Both the position numbers and the translations under genes were made by a program. The notes beneath the pieces are model-generated. The model was not told the origin of the DNA. It was given only the letters and a program-made list of their open reading frames with translations, and searched no databases. A stretch of DNA of 64,000 bases from an uncultured Gammaproteobacteria bacterium (GTDB lineage: Bacteria > Pseudomonadota > Gammaproteobacteria > JAKDMP01): contig CAZPJI010000001.1 in the NCBI GenBank assembly GCA_964586925.1, forward strand, positions 63,280 to 127,279, given 5' to 3'. Position 1 is the first letter of the stretch, and each line of letters starts with the position of its first letter. This document shows positions 9,499 to 18,229 of this stretch, piece after piece.

Positions 9499-10869
9499 AT
9501 GCCGACAGTGATCAATCCCGCTACCGGAAAAACGATTCGTGACCTGCCGTGGCATACGGCAGCGGAGGTCGAAGCCAAGCTCAAGTCCGCGCGTGACGGC
9601 TACAACGAATGGCGGGACTACGGTTTCAAACAGCGTGCCGAATGCCTGAAGGCCGTGGCCACACAACTGCGCAAGGATCGCGAGCGCCACGCCGCACTGA
9701 TGACCGAGGAAATGGGCAAGCCGGTCCGCGAGGCACTGGGCGAAGTGGAGAAGACGGCCTGGTGCTGCGAGCACTTCGCGGAGCATGCCGAGAACTATCT
9801 CGCCCCGGAAGAGCTTGCTTCCGACGCCACACGCAGCTGGGTCCAGTACCTGCCGCTCGGCACCGTGCTCGGTATCCTGCCCTGGAATTCCCCGTATTGG
9901 CTCGCTGCACGGGTGTTTGCTCCGGCACTGATGGCCGGCAACACCGTCGTGATCAAGCATGATCCGCATGTGCCCGGCTGCGCTGCTGCCATCGAAGATG
10001 CTTTCCGGGAGGCCGGCGCGCCGAAAGGACTGCTGCAAACGGTGCGCATCGACAACGAGGCTACCGGTAACGTGCTGCGTGATCACAGAGTTCAGGCCGT
10101 GTCCTTTACCGGTTCGACCCGGGGAGGGCGAGCGGTCGCGGCCCTAGCCGGCGAACTGGTCAAGCCTGCCGTCTTGGAACTCGGGGGCTCGGATCCGGCC
10201 GTGGTGCTCGCCGACGCCGATATCCCGGCTGCGGTCGATACGATCGCTACTTCCCGCTTCATCTGCGCGGGCCAATCCTGCATCGCCGCCAAGCGCATCC
10301 TGGTCGAACAGCCCGTGTACGATCAATTCGTCGACGCCTTTCGCAAGCGTCTCGAAAGCTTGAAGGTCGGCGATCCGACGCGCGAAGACACCGACATCGG
10401 CCCGCTCGCACGTGCGGAAATCCGCGACCAGTTGCATCGCCAGGTGCGCGACTCGATCGAAAAGGGTGCGCGTTGTCTGCTGGGCGGCGACTTGCCGGAA
10501 GGGCCGGGTTGCCTCTATCCGGTTACCTTGCTCGCGGATGTTCCCCGAACGGCGCCGGCCTTCAGCGAAGAAACCTTCGGCCCAGTCGCTGCGGTCGTAT
10601 CGGTCGCTGACGTCGAAGAAGCCCTGGAAGTAGCCAACGACACCGAATACGGATTGGCCGCAAGCCTGTGGACCACACCCGAGCGAGGCGTGACACTGGC
10701 GCGCCGTTTCGAAGCAGGGCAGGTGGCCGTCAACGGCATCGTCAAGACCGATCCGCGCCTGCCCTCCGGCGGCATCAAGACATCGGGCTATGGCCGCGAA
10801 CTGGGTCCGCACGGCATCCGCGAGTTCGTTAACGCCCAGCAAGTGTGGCTAGGCCCTAAAAAGAAATAA
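9499..10869 (+). CDS. NAD(P)-dependent aldehyde dehydrogenase
   Basis: The 456-aa protein has the ALDH catalytic-Glu motif (ELGGSDPAVV) and the catalytic-Cys motif (FICAGQSCIAAKRILV). The C-terminal EFVN is typical of the family. Confidence 0.85.
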   Translation: MPTVINPATGKTIRDLPWHTAAEVEAKLKSARDGYNEWRDYGFKQRAECLKAVATQLRKDRERHAALMTEEMGKPVREALGEVEKTAWCCEHFAEHAENYLAPEELASDATRSWVQYLPLGTVLGILPWNSPYWLAARVFAPALMAGNTVVIKHDPHVPGCAAAIEDAFREAGAPKGLLQTVRIDNEATGNVLRDHRVQAVSFTGSTRGGRAVAALAGELVKPAVLELGGSDPAVVLADADIPAAVDTIATSRFICAGQSCIAAKRILVEQPVYDQFVDAFRKRLESLKVGDPTREDTDIGPLARAEIRDQLHRQVRDSIEKGARCLLGGDLPEGPGCLYPVTLLADVPRTAPAFSEETFGPVAAVVSVADVEEALEVANDTEYGLAASLWTTPERGVTLARRFEAGQVAVNGIVKTDPRLPSGGIKTSGYGRELGPHGIREFVNAQQVWLGPKKK

Positions 10870-10981
10870 CGTTTTGAGCGCTGGAAACCTGATGGCATTT
10901 AGATAGTGTTCCGTCGGGTGCACGCATGTCCGGTTTAATGCCAGGCGATAAACCACTTTCGATCCATTTCGACCGTAGAAG

Positions 10982-11419
10982 ATGACCAAAAACAGATGGC
11001 CAACCTTGCTGCTCTGTTATGCTCCTCGTATATCCGGGGGATATAAATTTATGAATTTGCCGCCATATAAGGCAATATCCGACATTCTCATGCAGGAGGC
11101 AAAGGCACTGGGATGGCGGGCTCAGATGATGCGGTCTGCCAGGGAGAAAAAACTGCGCAGTAGGTCGCTACACTTTGCTGAATTAAGGGGTGAGATAGAG
11201 AATTTACGGAGTGCCCCAGGTCGTGCCGAAAGATTTACTTCGCATTCATACTCGGCCACAAAATTTATCTGCCCATATTGTTGGGTCATGAAAGGCGTGG
11301 TCAGCTACATAAGTTCCTTGGAAGTTGAACCCGCAACAGATCGGTTGAAGTGCCCAGAATGTGGTCACGGACATTGGTCTAGCTACCTTCAAGTCCTCAA
11401 CGATCGAGAAGATAAATAG
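10982..11419 (+). CDS. Hypothetical zinc-ribbon protein on an AT-rich islet
   Basis: The ORF is 145 aa; the probable start is MNLPPYK at about 11051. It has two CxxC pairs (CPYCWV...CPECGH) forming a putative C-terminal Zn ribbon. Local GC is far below the flanking genes. Confidence 0.4.
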   Translation: MTKNRWPTLLLCYAPRISGGYKFMNLPPYKAISDILMQEAKALGWRAQMMRSAREKKLRSRSLHFAELRGEIENLRSAPGRAERFTSHSYSATKFICPYCWVMKGVVSYISSLEVEPATDRLKCPECGHGHWSSYLQVLNDREDK

Positions 11420-11567
11420 CAATACCGGCTGGTATGCCCCGAGATTTACAGATGCCTGAAATATCGCTTTAGGATCAATTAACGCCTAGGGACCCGGGAT
11501 CTCCGGCATCTTGTGCATCTCATGCAGTGGAGTTGATGCGATGAGCGTATAGTGTTAGGCAATACCT

Positions 11568-11894
11568 ATGAGGATGTCAGAAACCATGATAATTAAGGGC
11601 GGATTCCGTGCATTCTCTAAGAATGATGTCGCTAATGCCCCGGATTCAGAGGGTGTCTATGCGCTCTTTGACCACGAAACCCTGATCTATATTGGGCGCT
11701 CCTATGGGCGTGATAAAACGATCCGTACCCAACTTCAGCACCATAAGGATGGACTCGGCGAGAAGGGTACACGTAGAGCGACTCTTTATTGGCGGGAACT
11801 CTGCGATGATCCGGTAGCGAGAGAGCAGGAATTGCTCGATGAGTACCAGGCCTCAAATGGTGAAATGCCACCTTGCAATGTATTTATGTCATAA
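11568..11894 (+). CDS. Small GIY-YIG-like domain protein
   Basis: GVYALFDHETLIYIGRS followed by RTQLQHH and a downstream Glu match the GIY..YIG, R..H, E spacing of GIY-YIG nuclease cores. The protein is 108 aa. A palindrome TGCATCTCATGCA sits about 50 nt upstream. Confidence 0.5.
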   Translation: MRMSETMIIKGGFRAFSKNDVANAPDSEGVYALFDHETLIYIGRSYGRDKTIRTQLQHHKDGLGEKGTRRATLYWRELCDDPVAREQELLDEYQASNGEMPPCNVFMS

Positions 11895-11999
11895 AGAGAA
11901 CCAGAAAACTTGACAAAAGGGCGATTCAAAATTCGAACGGGGCGCAATTAAGAGTTCAAGATACAGCATGTGTTGCCTCTAAGAGTTTATTTGCCCCCA

Positions 12000-13160
12000 T
12001 TACTTGACTGTGAAGTGGCGGTCTAGGGTGAAGAACGATTCGCAGCCGTCTTCGGTTACGTGCACTGTGTCGGAGATGCCACAGGTCTTGTCGCCGTCTA
12101 TGCCCCACATCCAAGGGATGATGTGCAGAGTCATGCCGGGTTTGAGGATTTCGGGTGAGCCTTGCTTGAGGCTCAGCATGTAGCCCTCGTCCCAGGCCGG
12201 AGCGAAGGCGATGCCGATGGAGTAACCGGCTCGGGTGATCAGGCTTGCGCCGAAGTCGTTGTCGTTGATGATGCGCCGCACCAGCCCGTCGACATCGGAG
12301 ACCGTGACCCCGGGCCGGATAAACGCCTCGACCTCGTCGAGTGCTTCAAGCATGATGCCCTCGGCCTTGCGCATCGAGCGGCTCACCTCGCCGAGCACCA
12401 CGGTGCGCATCATCGCGGTGTGATAGCGCTGCACGCATCCGGCCATCTCCAGGAAAACGTGTTCGCCGGGCTGTACCGTGCGGCCTTCCCAGGTGGCATG
12501 GCCGATCATGGTGCGCGGCCCGGAGGTGATATAGGGCAGCACGGCGGGATACTCGCCGCCGGCGCGGAACATGGCGTCGCAGGCAGCCGCGGCAATATCG
12601 TTTTCGGTCACGCCTTCGGCAGCGGCATCCAGGCCGGCCTGCATCCCGGCTTCGGTTGCTTTTGCAGCATTGCGCATTAGATCGATCTCGGCCTTGGACT
12701 TGCATATCCGGCCTTCCTCGACGATGCCGTAGCAGTCGAGTAGGTTGCCGTTGGTGAAAAGGGTGTGAAATCGATCCTGCTGGTAGGCGGGGAAGAAGTA
12801 GCTGTTACGTTCGTAGCCGACCTGGTTCCCGCCGAGACCCAGGTCGGTGAGTACGCTGTAGAGCATTTGCAGCGCGTCTCCGGTATCGCTGTAGTAGCGC
12901 GCGTCCTCGACCCAGGTGCGCTTTTCGATATTGGAGGCTTCCATCTGGCGGGTGACCGAGACCGGCTCGTCCTCGAGCGGCACGACCAGCGCCTGAAAGA
13001 ACGAGTAGCCGGTGGTCTGATGCCCGCACAGATAGGCCAGGTTCTCCGGATCGGAAATCACGACCGCATCGAGCAGACGCTCCTGCATCCGTTCGCGCAA
13101 TTCGCCCAGGCGGCGTTCGTACTCGGCGATGGGGAAGGCCAGTCCGTCATGCTCTCTCAT
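12000..13160 (-). CDS. M24 family hydrolase (creatinase/prolidase fold), ectoine-hydrolase (DoeA)-like
   Basis: The 386-aa protein has a creatinase-type N-terminal domain (ERMQERLLDAVVISDPENLAYLCG) and a pita-bread C-terminal domain with a conserved HxxE/E metal-ligand pattern. It overlaps and is co-oriented with the DABA aminotransferase gene. Confidence 0.7.
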   Translation of the reverse strand: MREHDGLAFPIAEYERRLGELRERMQERLLDAVVISDPENLAYLCGHQTTGYSFFQALVVPLEDEPVSVTRQMEASNIEKRTWVEDARYYSDTGDALQMLYSVLTDLGLGGNQVGYERNSYFFPAYQQDRFHTLFTNGNLLDCYGIVEEGRICKSKAEIDLMRNAAKATEAGMQAGLDAAAEGVTENDIAAAACDAMFRAGGEYPAVLPYITSGPRTMIGHATWEGRTVQPGEHVFLEMAGCVQRYHTAMMRTVVLGEVSRSMRKAEGIMLEALDEVEAFIRPGVTVSDVDGLVRRIINDNDFGASLITRAGYSIGIAFAPAWDEGYMLSLKQGSPEILKPGMTLHIIPWMWGIDGDKTCGISDTVHVTEDGCESFFTLDRHFTVK

Positions 13161-14404
13161 GATTCCGCCCCCTTGGCGACGGCCTGCTTAAGCAGGTCAA
13201 GGCCTTCTTCAAGGGTATCGTCTTCTATCGTCAGCGGCGGGGTCAGTTTCACCACGCGGCCGCCGGGCCCACAGCTCGGTATCAGCAGACCGTTCTCGAA
13301 GCCGTGCTTTACGACCTTGCTGACGCGTTCACCGGAGCCCATATCAAGTCCCTGAATCATGCCGCGTCCGCGCACTTCGGTTTCAATCGGCAGGCCCTTG
13401 GCGATCTTGTCCAGCCGTGCATGGATGCGCTTGCCTTTCTGATTCACCTCGTCCATGAATTTCTTGTCGGCCAGATAATCGAGTCCCTCGGCCCCCGCCA
13501 CGAAGGACAAATCCTGGCCGCGGAAGGTGCCGGTATGCTCGCCGGGTTTCCACTGGTCGTGTTCGGGTTTGATGAGCAACAAGCCCAGTGGAGTGCCATA
13601 ACCACCGATCCCCTTGGCCAGGCACACCAGGTCGGGATCGAGTCCCATGGCTTCGAAGCTGAAGAAGTCGCCGGTACGGCCGCAGCCGACCTGGATATCG
13701 TCAACGATGAGCAGGCTGCCGTGCTCGCGGGCGAGTTTCTGCAATGATTGCAGCCACTCACGGCTCGCCACGTTTACACCGCCCTCGGCCTGAATCGTCT
13801 CTACGAGGAACGCGGCCGGTGGCGTCATGCCGCTGGAGCTGTCCGCGAGCGCCCGGCGCAGTGGCTCGAGTGTATCCACTCCGGCGCCGAGATAACCGTC
13901 GTAAGGAATCCGCACGACATCATTGAGTGTCACTCCGGCTGCAGAGCGGAAATGCTCGTTGCCGGTGCAGGCCAGTGAGCCTAGCGTCATGCCGTGAAAA
14001 CCGTCCGTGAATGCCATGATCGTGTTGCGGCCGGTGACCTTGCGCGCGAGCTTGAGGGCTGCTTCCACCACGTTGGTGCCGGTAGGGGCGGGAAATTGCA
14101 ACTTGTAATTCAGTTTGTGCGGCTTGAGCGCCACCTCCTCGAAATGTTCCATGAAGTGTTGCTTGGCTCGCGTGTACATATCGAGGCTGTGGCTGACGCC
14201 GTCGCGCATCATGTAATCGATCATGGCTTGGCGCAGCCGCGGGTTGTTGTGGCCAAAGAGCAGCACGCCTGCACCGCCGAAAAAGTCGATGTACTCCTTT
14301 CCATCCACATCCTTCTGGCGGGCGTTGACTGCTGTGTCGAATACGGCCGGCCAGGCACGGCAATAGGCGCGTACTTCGGATTCAAGTCGCTCGAAAATAT
14401 TCAT
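13157..14404 (-). CDS. Diaminobutyrate--2-oxoglutarate aminotransferase (EctB/DoeD type), class III PLP enzyme
   Basis: Its N-terminus MNIFERLESEVRAYCRAWPAVF...YIDFFGGAGVLLFGHNNP and the PLP-lysine region (LAKGIGGYG) closely resemble EctB/DoeD proteins. It is 415 aa. Confidence 0.75.
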   Translation of the reverse strand: MNIFERLESEVRAYCRAWPAVFDTAVNARQKDVDGKEYIDFFGGAGVLLFGHNNPRLRQAMIDYMMRDGVSHSLDMYTRAKQHFMEHFEEVALKPHKLNYKLQFPAPTGTNVVEAALKLARKVTGRNTIMAFTDGFHGMTLGSLACTGNEHFRSAAGVTLNDVVRIPYDGYLGAGVDTLEPLRRALADSSSGMTPPAAFLVETIQAEGGVNVASREWLQSLQKLAREHGSLLIVDDIQVGCGRTGDFFSFEAMGLDPDLVCLAKGIGGYGTPLGLLLIKPEHDQWKPGEHTGTFRGQDLSFVAGAEGLDYLADKKFMDEVNQKGKRIHARLDKIAKGLPIETEVRGRGMIQGLDMGSGERVSKVVKHGFENGLLIPSCGPGGRVVKLTPPLTIEDDTLEEGLDLLKQAVAKGAES

Positions 14405-14700
14405 GGTGGACTCCTTGCGTCTGCGTGTTTCGCGTGTATGCAGATTGCATGGCAGATCTTGTCGTCCGGCAAGACCCCCGGACCATTGCGTGACCGGGTA
14501 GTCCCATCGTAGAACTGCAGGCAGTCGGGAGCAAGTGATAGTGATGCCTCCGGATATTTCGTCACGTGGACGATCGGAGGTGCCTGCTTCTTCTGTCGTC
14601 GGGCCTATTAAGGCGACAACGAAACTGTGGGATTGGTTCCGTGCGAATTATTCGGGTAATGCGTGTCAGGCCACAGTGGAATCGATTTTATTGCCGCGGC

Positions 14701-15378
14701 TCAGGAGGTCTTGCCCTTGACGGCTTGCTCGGTCATATCCGCAACCGTCTCGCAGATTTGTTCGATAATTTCGGGCGTATAGCCGTCTTTCATACCCAGG
14801 CGCCGGAGTATGACTTCGCGGTTGGCGCCGAAGGAGAGCGCCATGCCCAGGCACGCATGGGCCTGCATGATCGTATGCGGTGCATCGGCAGGCGCGCCCT
14901 GGATGAGGCCGACCAATTCACCGACCGCGCCATGCACATGGCGGAACATGCGCTCATAGAGCATCTCGAAGGCTGCGCCGGGTTGCAGTTGTTCGCGCAC
15001 GATGAAACTGCCGTATAGGGTGCGGGTCGGTGAGCGTGTGATGACGCGGATGACACCGGTTATCAGGGTTTTCAAGCGATGAGTGGCCTCCAAAGGGGTG
15101 GAGGGGCGCTCACCTTGAGGGAGTACTTCGGCGATGACATCAAGCATTTCGGTTCCGCAAGTGCTCACCACGTGCTCGGCTACAGCGGCGTAGACTCCCT
15201 CCTTGCCGCCGAAGTGGTAGGGGATCGCAGCCAGATTCACGCCGGCGGCTTCGGCCAGCGCCCGGGTGGTCACGCCATCGAAGCCATGACGGCCGAACAG
15301 CACGAGTCCAGCCTGTACCAGGCGTTCCCTGGTATCGCCGCCTTGTGCGGCGGATTCCTTCTGTTGACTCGCATTCAT
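14701..15378 (-). CDS. TetR/AcrR family transcriptional regulator
   Basis: It has an N-terminal HTH (RERLVQAGLVLFGRHGFDGVTTRALAEAAGVNLAAIPYHFGGKEG). It is 225 aa and divergent from the efflux operon. Confidence 0.85.
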   Translation of the reverse strand: MNASQQKESAAQGGDTRERLVQAGLVLFGRHGFDGVTTRALAEAAGVNLAAIPYHFGGKEGVYAAVAEHVVSTCGTEMLDVIAEVLPQGERPSTPLEATHRLKTLITGVIRVITRSPTRTLYGSFIVREQLQPGAAFEMLYERMFRHVHGAVGELVGLIQGAPADAPHTIMQAHACLGMALSFGANREVILRRLGMKDGYTPEIIEQICETVADMTEQAVKGKTS

Positions 15379-15497
15379 TGCGTTCTACTCATGGTGAGGC
15401 CTCATTCATGCAAAAGATTATAGCGCAATTCATACGATTGACTAATTCGATCGAATGAATTAACCTGCGCAGCCTCCCGAGTCGGAGCAAGTACCAC

Positions 15498-17021
15498 GTG
15501 TATTCCCAGGCAAGCCACAGAGCAGGAAACAAAGCCTTGTCGGCCCTCGTGGCTGGCGTTATTTTCGTGAGTTTGGCCGGATGTGCAGCGGGACCGGACT
15601 GGAAAAAGCCCGCGCTACCGGCCGATACGGCCTATCAGGCCGGAGCCGCTGCTACGGTCGGTGCTCGGGCCACGACCCAAAAAATCGACACCGGGAAACA
15701 GGTTGCGGCCGATTGGTATCGTCTGTTGGGGTCCGATCAGCTCGATTCACTGGTTAGCAGGGCGCTGCGTTCGAGTCCGACTTTGGCTGCCGCGCGGGCC
15801 CGTTTCCGGGCTGCCGGACATGATCTCGAGGCGGTGTCCGGTTCCCGTTATCCCTCGGTCGATGTCGGGGCAGGAGTTTCTCGGAATCGTGCGAATGGCG
15901 CTCAGATCGGTATCGATAACCCCTTGTTCAGCAATATGTTCGACTTGTACACCGCCAATGTGTCGGTGAGTTATGCGCTGGATATCGCCGGTGGCGAGAA
16001 CCGGGCCGTGGAGGAGAGCGCAGCACGGGCACGCCTTGCGCAAGATCAACTGATCGGCGCCCGTGTGTCGCTGGTCGACAACGTGGTCGTTGCAGCCCTG
16101 CAGTCGGCCACATTACAGGACGAAATCACGGCGACACGCCATATCATAGCCCTGGAAAAGAATACGCTCGAGATTGTGAAGGCCCGGGAGCAGGCCGGTG
16201 CGGTGCCCTTGTCCGACACCTTGCAAGCTCGGACAACACTGGCCAACGCGCAGGCCCGGCTGCCCACACTGCAAAAAAACCTCACGGTGGTGCAAACCCG
16301 TCTCGCAGCATTGATCGGTGATACGCCGAGTGTTTTCGATGCACCGGACTTGTCGTTGGAAGACCTGACGTTGCCGCAGGATTTGCCACTCAGTCTGCCC
16401 TCTGCATTGGTGCACCAACGGCCGGACATTCTAGCCGCACAGGCACGATTGCATGTCGCCAGTGCTGCGGTCGGGGTAGCCACCGCCAATCTCTACCCGC
16501 ACATTACGCTGACAGCGCATTACGGTTCTCAGACGAATTCCGCAAGTGACTTGTTCAAATCACCGGCAGCCGTGTGGGGTATCGGTGCCTCGCTCTTGTA
16601 TCCCCTGTTCCACGGGCAGGAACTGCGAGCCAAGCGCGATGCTGCGCGTTCTCGTTTCAATGCCGCTTATGCCGATTACCGCGAGACGGTTTTGCAGGCT
16701 TTTGCCCAGGTTTCCAATGTGCTAGGTGCCCTGGAGCAAGATGCCCGCACGCTGCACGCACGCGAGCAGGCGCTCCAGTCGGCAGCACAGAGCCGCCACC
16801 TGGTCCAAGCGCAGTATCGGGCGGGGGCCGTCGATTACATCGCAGTGCTCGACACAGAGCAGGCCTATCAGGCCGCACTTATTAACCAGATCCAGGCTTT
16901 ATCGGCGAGATACCAGGACACGGCCGCGCTGTACCAGGCGCTTGGCGGCGGTTGGTGGAATGCTGCGCCGTCTCCACATTCGACGACCGCGACAGCGGCC
17001 ACCCAGCAGGAGAAAAACTGA
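15498..17021 (+). CDS. RND/MFS efflux outer-membrane factor lipoprotein (NodT/OprM family)
   Basis: It has a lipobox (LAGCAAG) and two OEP repeats. The stop overlaps the emrA-like start (ATGA). Confidence 0.85.
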   Translation: MYSQASHRAGNKALSALVAGVIFVSLAGCAAGPDWKKPALPADTAYQAGAAATVGARATTQKIDTGKQVAADWYRLLGSDQLDSLVSRALRSSPTLAAARARFRAAGHDLEAVSGSRYPSVDVGAGVSRNRANGAQIGIDNPLFSNMFDLYTANVSVSYALDIAGGENRAVEESAARARLAQDQLIGARVSLVDNVVVAALQSATLQDEITATRHIIALEKNTLEIVKAREQAGAVPLSDTLQARTTLANAQARLPTLQKNLTVVQTRLAALIGDTPSVFDAPDLSLEDLTLPQDLPLSLPSALVHQRPDILAAQARLHVASAAVGVATANLYPHITLTAHYGSQTNSASDLFKSPAAVWGIGASLLYPLFHGQELRAKRDAARSRFNAAYADYRETVLQAFAQVSNVLGALEQDARTLHAREQALQSAAQSRHLVQAQYRAGAVDYIAVLDTEQAYQAALINQIQALSARYQDTAALYQALGGGWWNAAPSPHSTTATAATQQEKN

Positions 17022-18229
17022 TGACTGAAGAACAGGAATCGAAGCAGCAGGATCCGGGAACGGCAGCCGGGCAGGGCGGCGCGAAGAAACGCAAGAAAAT
17101 CCTGATCGGCCTCGCAGCCGTTCTGGTTGCTGGTGTTCTGGTCTATATCGGCTATTGGTTCTTTTACGGTCGCTGGCATGTGAGCACTGATGACGCTTAT
17201 GTGCATGGCAATATCGTCACGGTCACCCCGCAGGTCTCCGGCACGGTGGTTTCGATCGACACGGATGACACTGACTTCGTGCAGCAGGGGCAAGTGCTCG
17301 TCAAACTGGACAACACCGACGCGCGGTCCGCGCTGAGCCAGGCGGAGGCCGCATTGGCGCAGACCGTCAGGCAGGTACGCGGCCTGTATGCAAACGAGTC
17401 CGTGCTCAAAGCCCGGGTGGCGGCGCAATCGACAGCGCTGGCCCAGGCCCGGCGTGATTACGAACGCAACAAGGGACTGCGCCAGGTCAAAGGCGTATCC
17501 GAAGAGGTTTACCAACAATCAAAGACGGCGTACCGGAGCGACACGGCCAAGCTGGCAGCGACCCGCGCCCAGCTAAAGGCAGCCCGGGCAGCCGTGTCCG
17601 GCACGACGCTACGCACCCATCCACTGGTGCTCCAGGCCGAGGCCAAAGTGCGGGATGCCTGGATTGCACTGGCACGCACCCGCATCGTCGCTCCCGTATC
17701 GGGCTTCGTGGCCAATCGCAACGTGCAGCTTGGCGAAAGGGTGCAACCAGGCCAGTCTTTGCTGGCCGTGATACCGCTCGATGAAATCTGGGTCGATGCA
17801 AACTTCAAGGAAACAGACCTGGCCACGGTGCATATCGGTCAACCGGTGACGGTTGTCTCGGATCTTTATGGCAGCGGTGTGAAATACAACGGCCGGGTCG
17901 TGGGGCTCGATGCGGGCACCGGCGGCGTTTTTGCATTGCTACCGCCCCAGAACGCGAGTGGCAACTGGATCAAGGTCGTGCAACGGCTGCCCGTGCGCAT
18001 TGCCCTGAACGATAAACAAGTCAAGAAGCATCCTTTGCGTCTGGGATTGTCGATGACGGCGACGATCGACACACACGATCGTAACGGCCCGGTGCTGGCT
18101 CGGTCTCCTGTGACGGGTCCCGGCAACGTGACCCCGGTTTATGGGCAGGAGTCCAAGGGCGTCAATGCACTCATCGAGCGCATCGTGGATGCCAATGCAG
18201 GCGCTGCCGGAGAGGAAGCCTCCCGGTGA
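17021..18229 (+). CDS. emrA: HlyD/EmrA-family membrane fusion protein
   Basis: It has a single N-terminal TM helix, a coiled-coil region and beta-barrel domains of EmrA type. It is translationally coupled to the upstream and downstream genes. Confidence 0.85.
   Translation: MTEEQESKQQDPGTAAGQGGAKKRKKILIGLAAVLVAGVLVYIGYWFFYGRWHVSTDDAYVHGNIVTVTPQVSGTVVSIDTDDTDFVQQGQVLVKLDNTDARSALSQAEAALAQTVRQVRGLYANESVLKARVAAQSTALAQARRDYERNKGLRQVKGVSEEVYQQSKTAYRSDTAKLAATRAQLKAARAAVSGTTLRTHPLVLQAEAKVRDAWIALARTRIVAPVSGFVANRNVQLGERVQPGQSLLAVIPLDEIWVDANFKETDLATVHIGQPVTVVSDLYGSGVKYNGRVVGLDAGTGGVFALLPPQNASGNWIKVVQRLPVRIALNDKQVKKHPLRLGLSMTATIDTHDRNGPVLARSPVTGPGNVTPVYGQESKGVNALIERIVDANAGAAGEEASR

Noticed and set aside
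12000-14404. Ectoine biosynthesis operon (ectABC)
   Set aside because: Only an EctB-like aminotransferase is present. No acetyltransferase (ectA) or ectoine synthase (ectC) is adjacent, and the neighbouring gene is an M24 hydrolase, which fits catabolism better.
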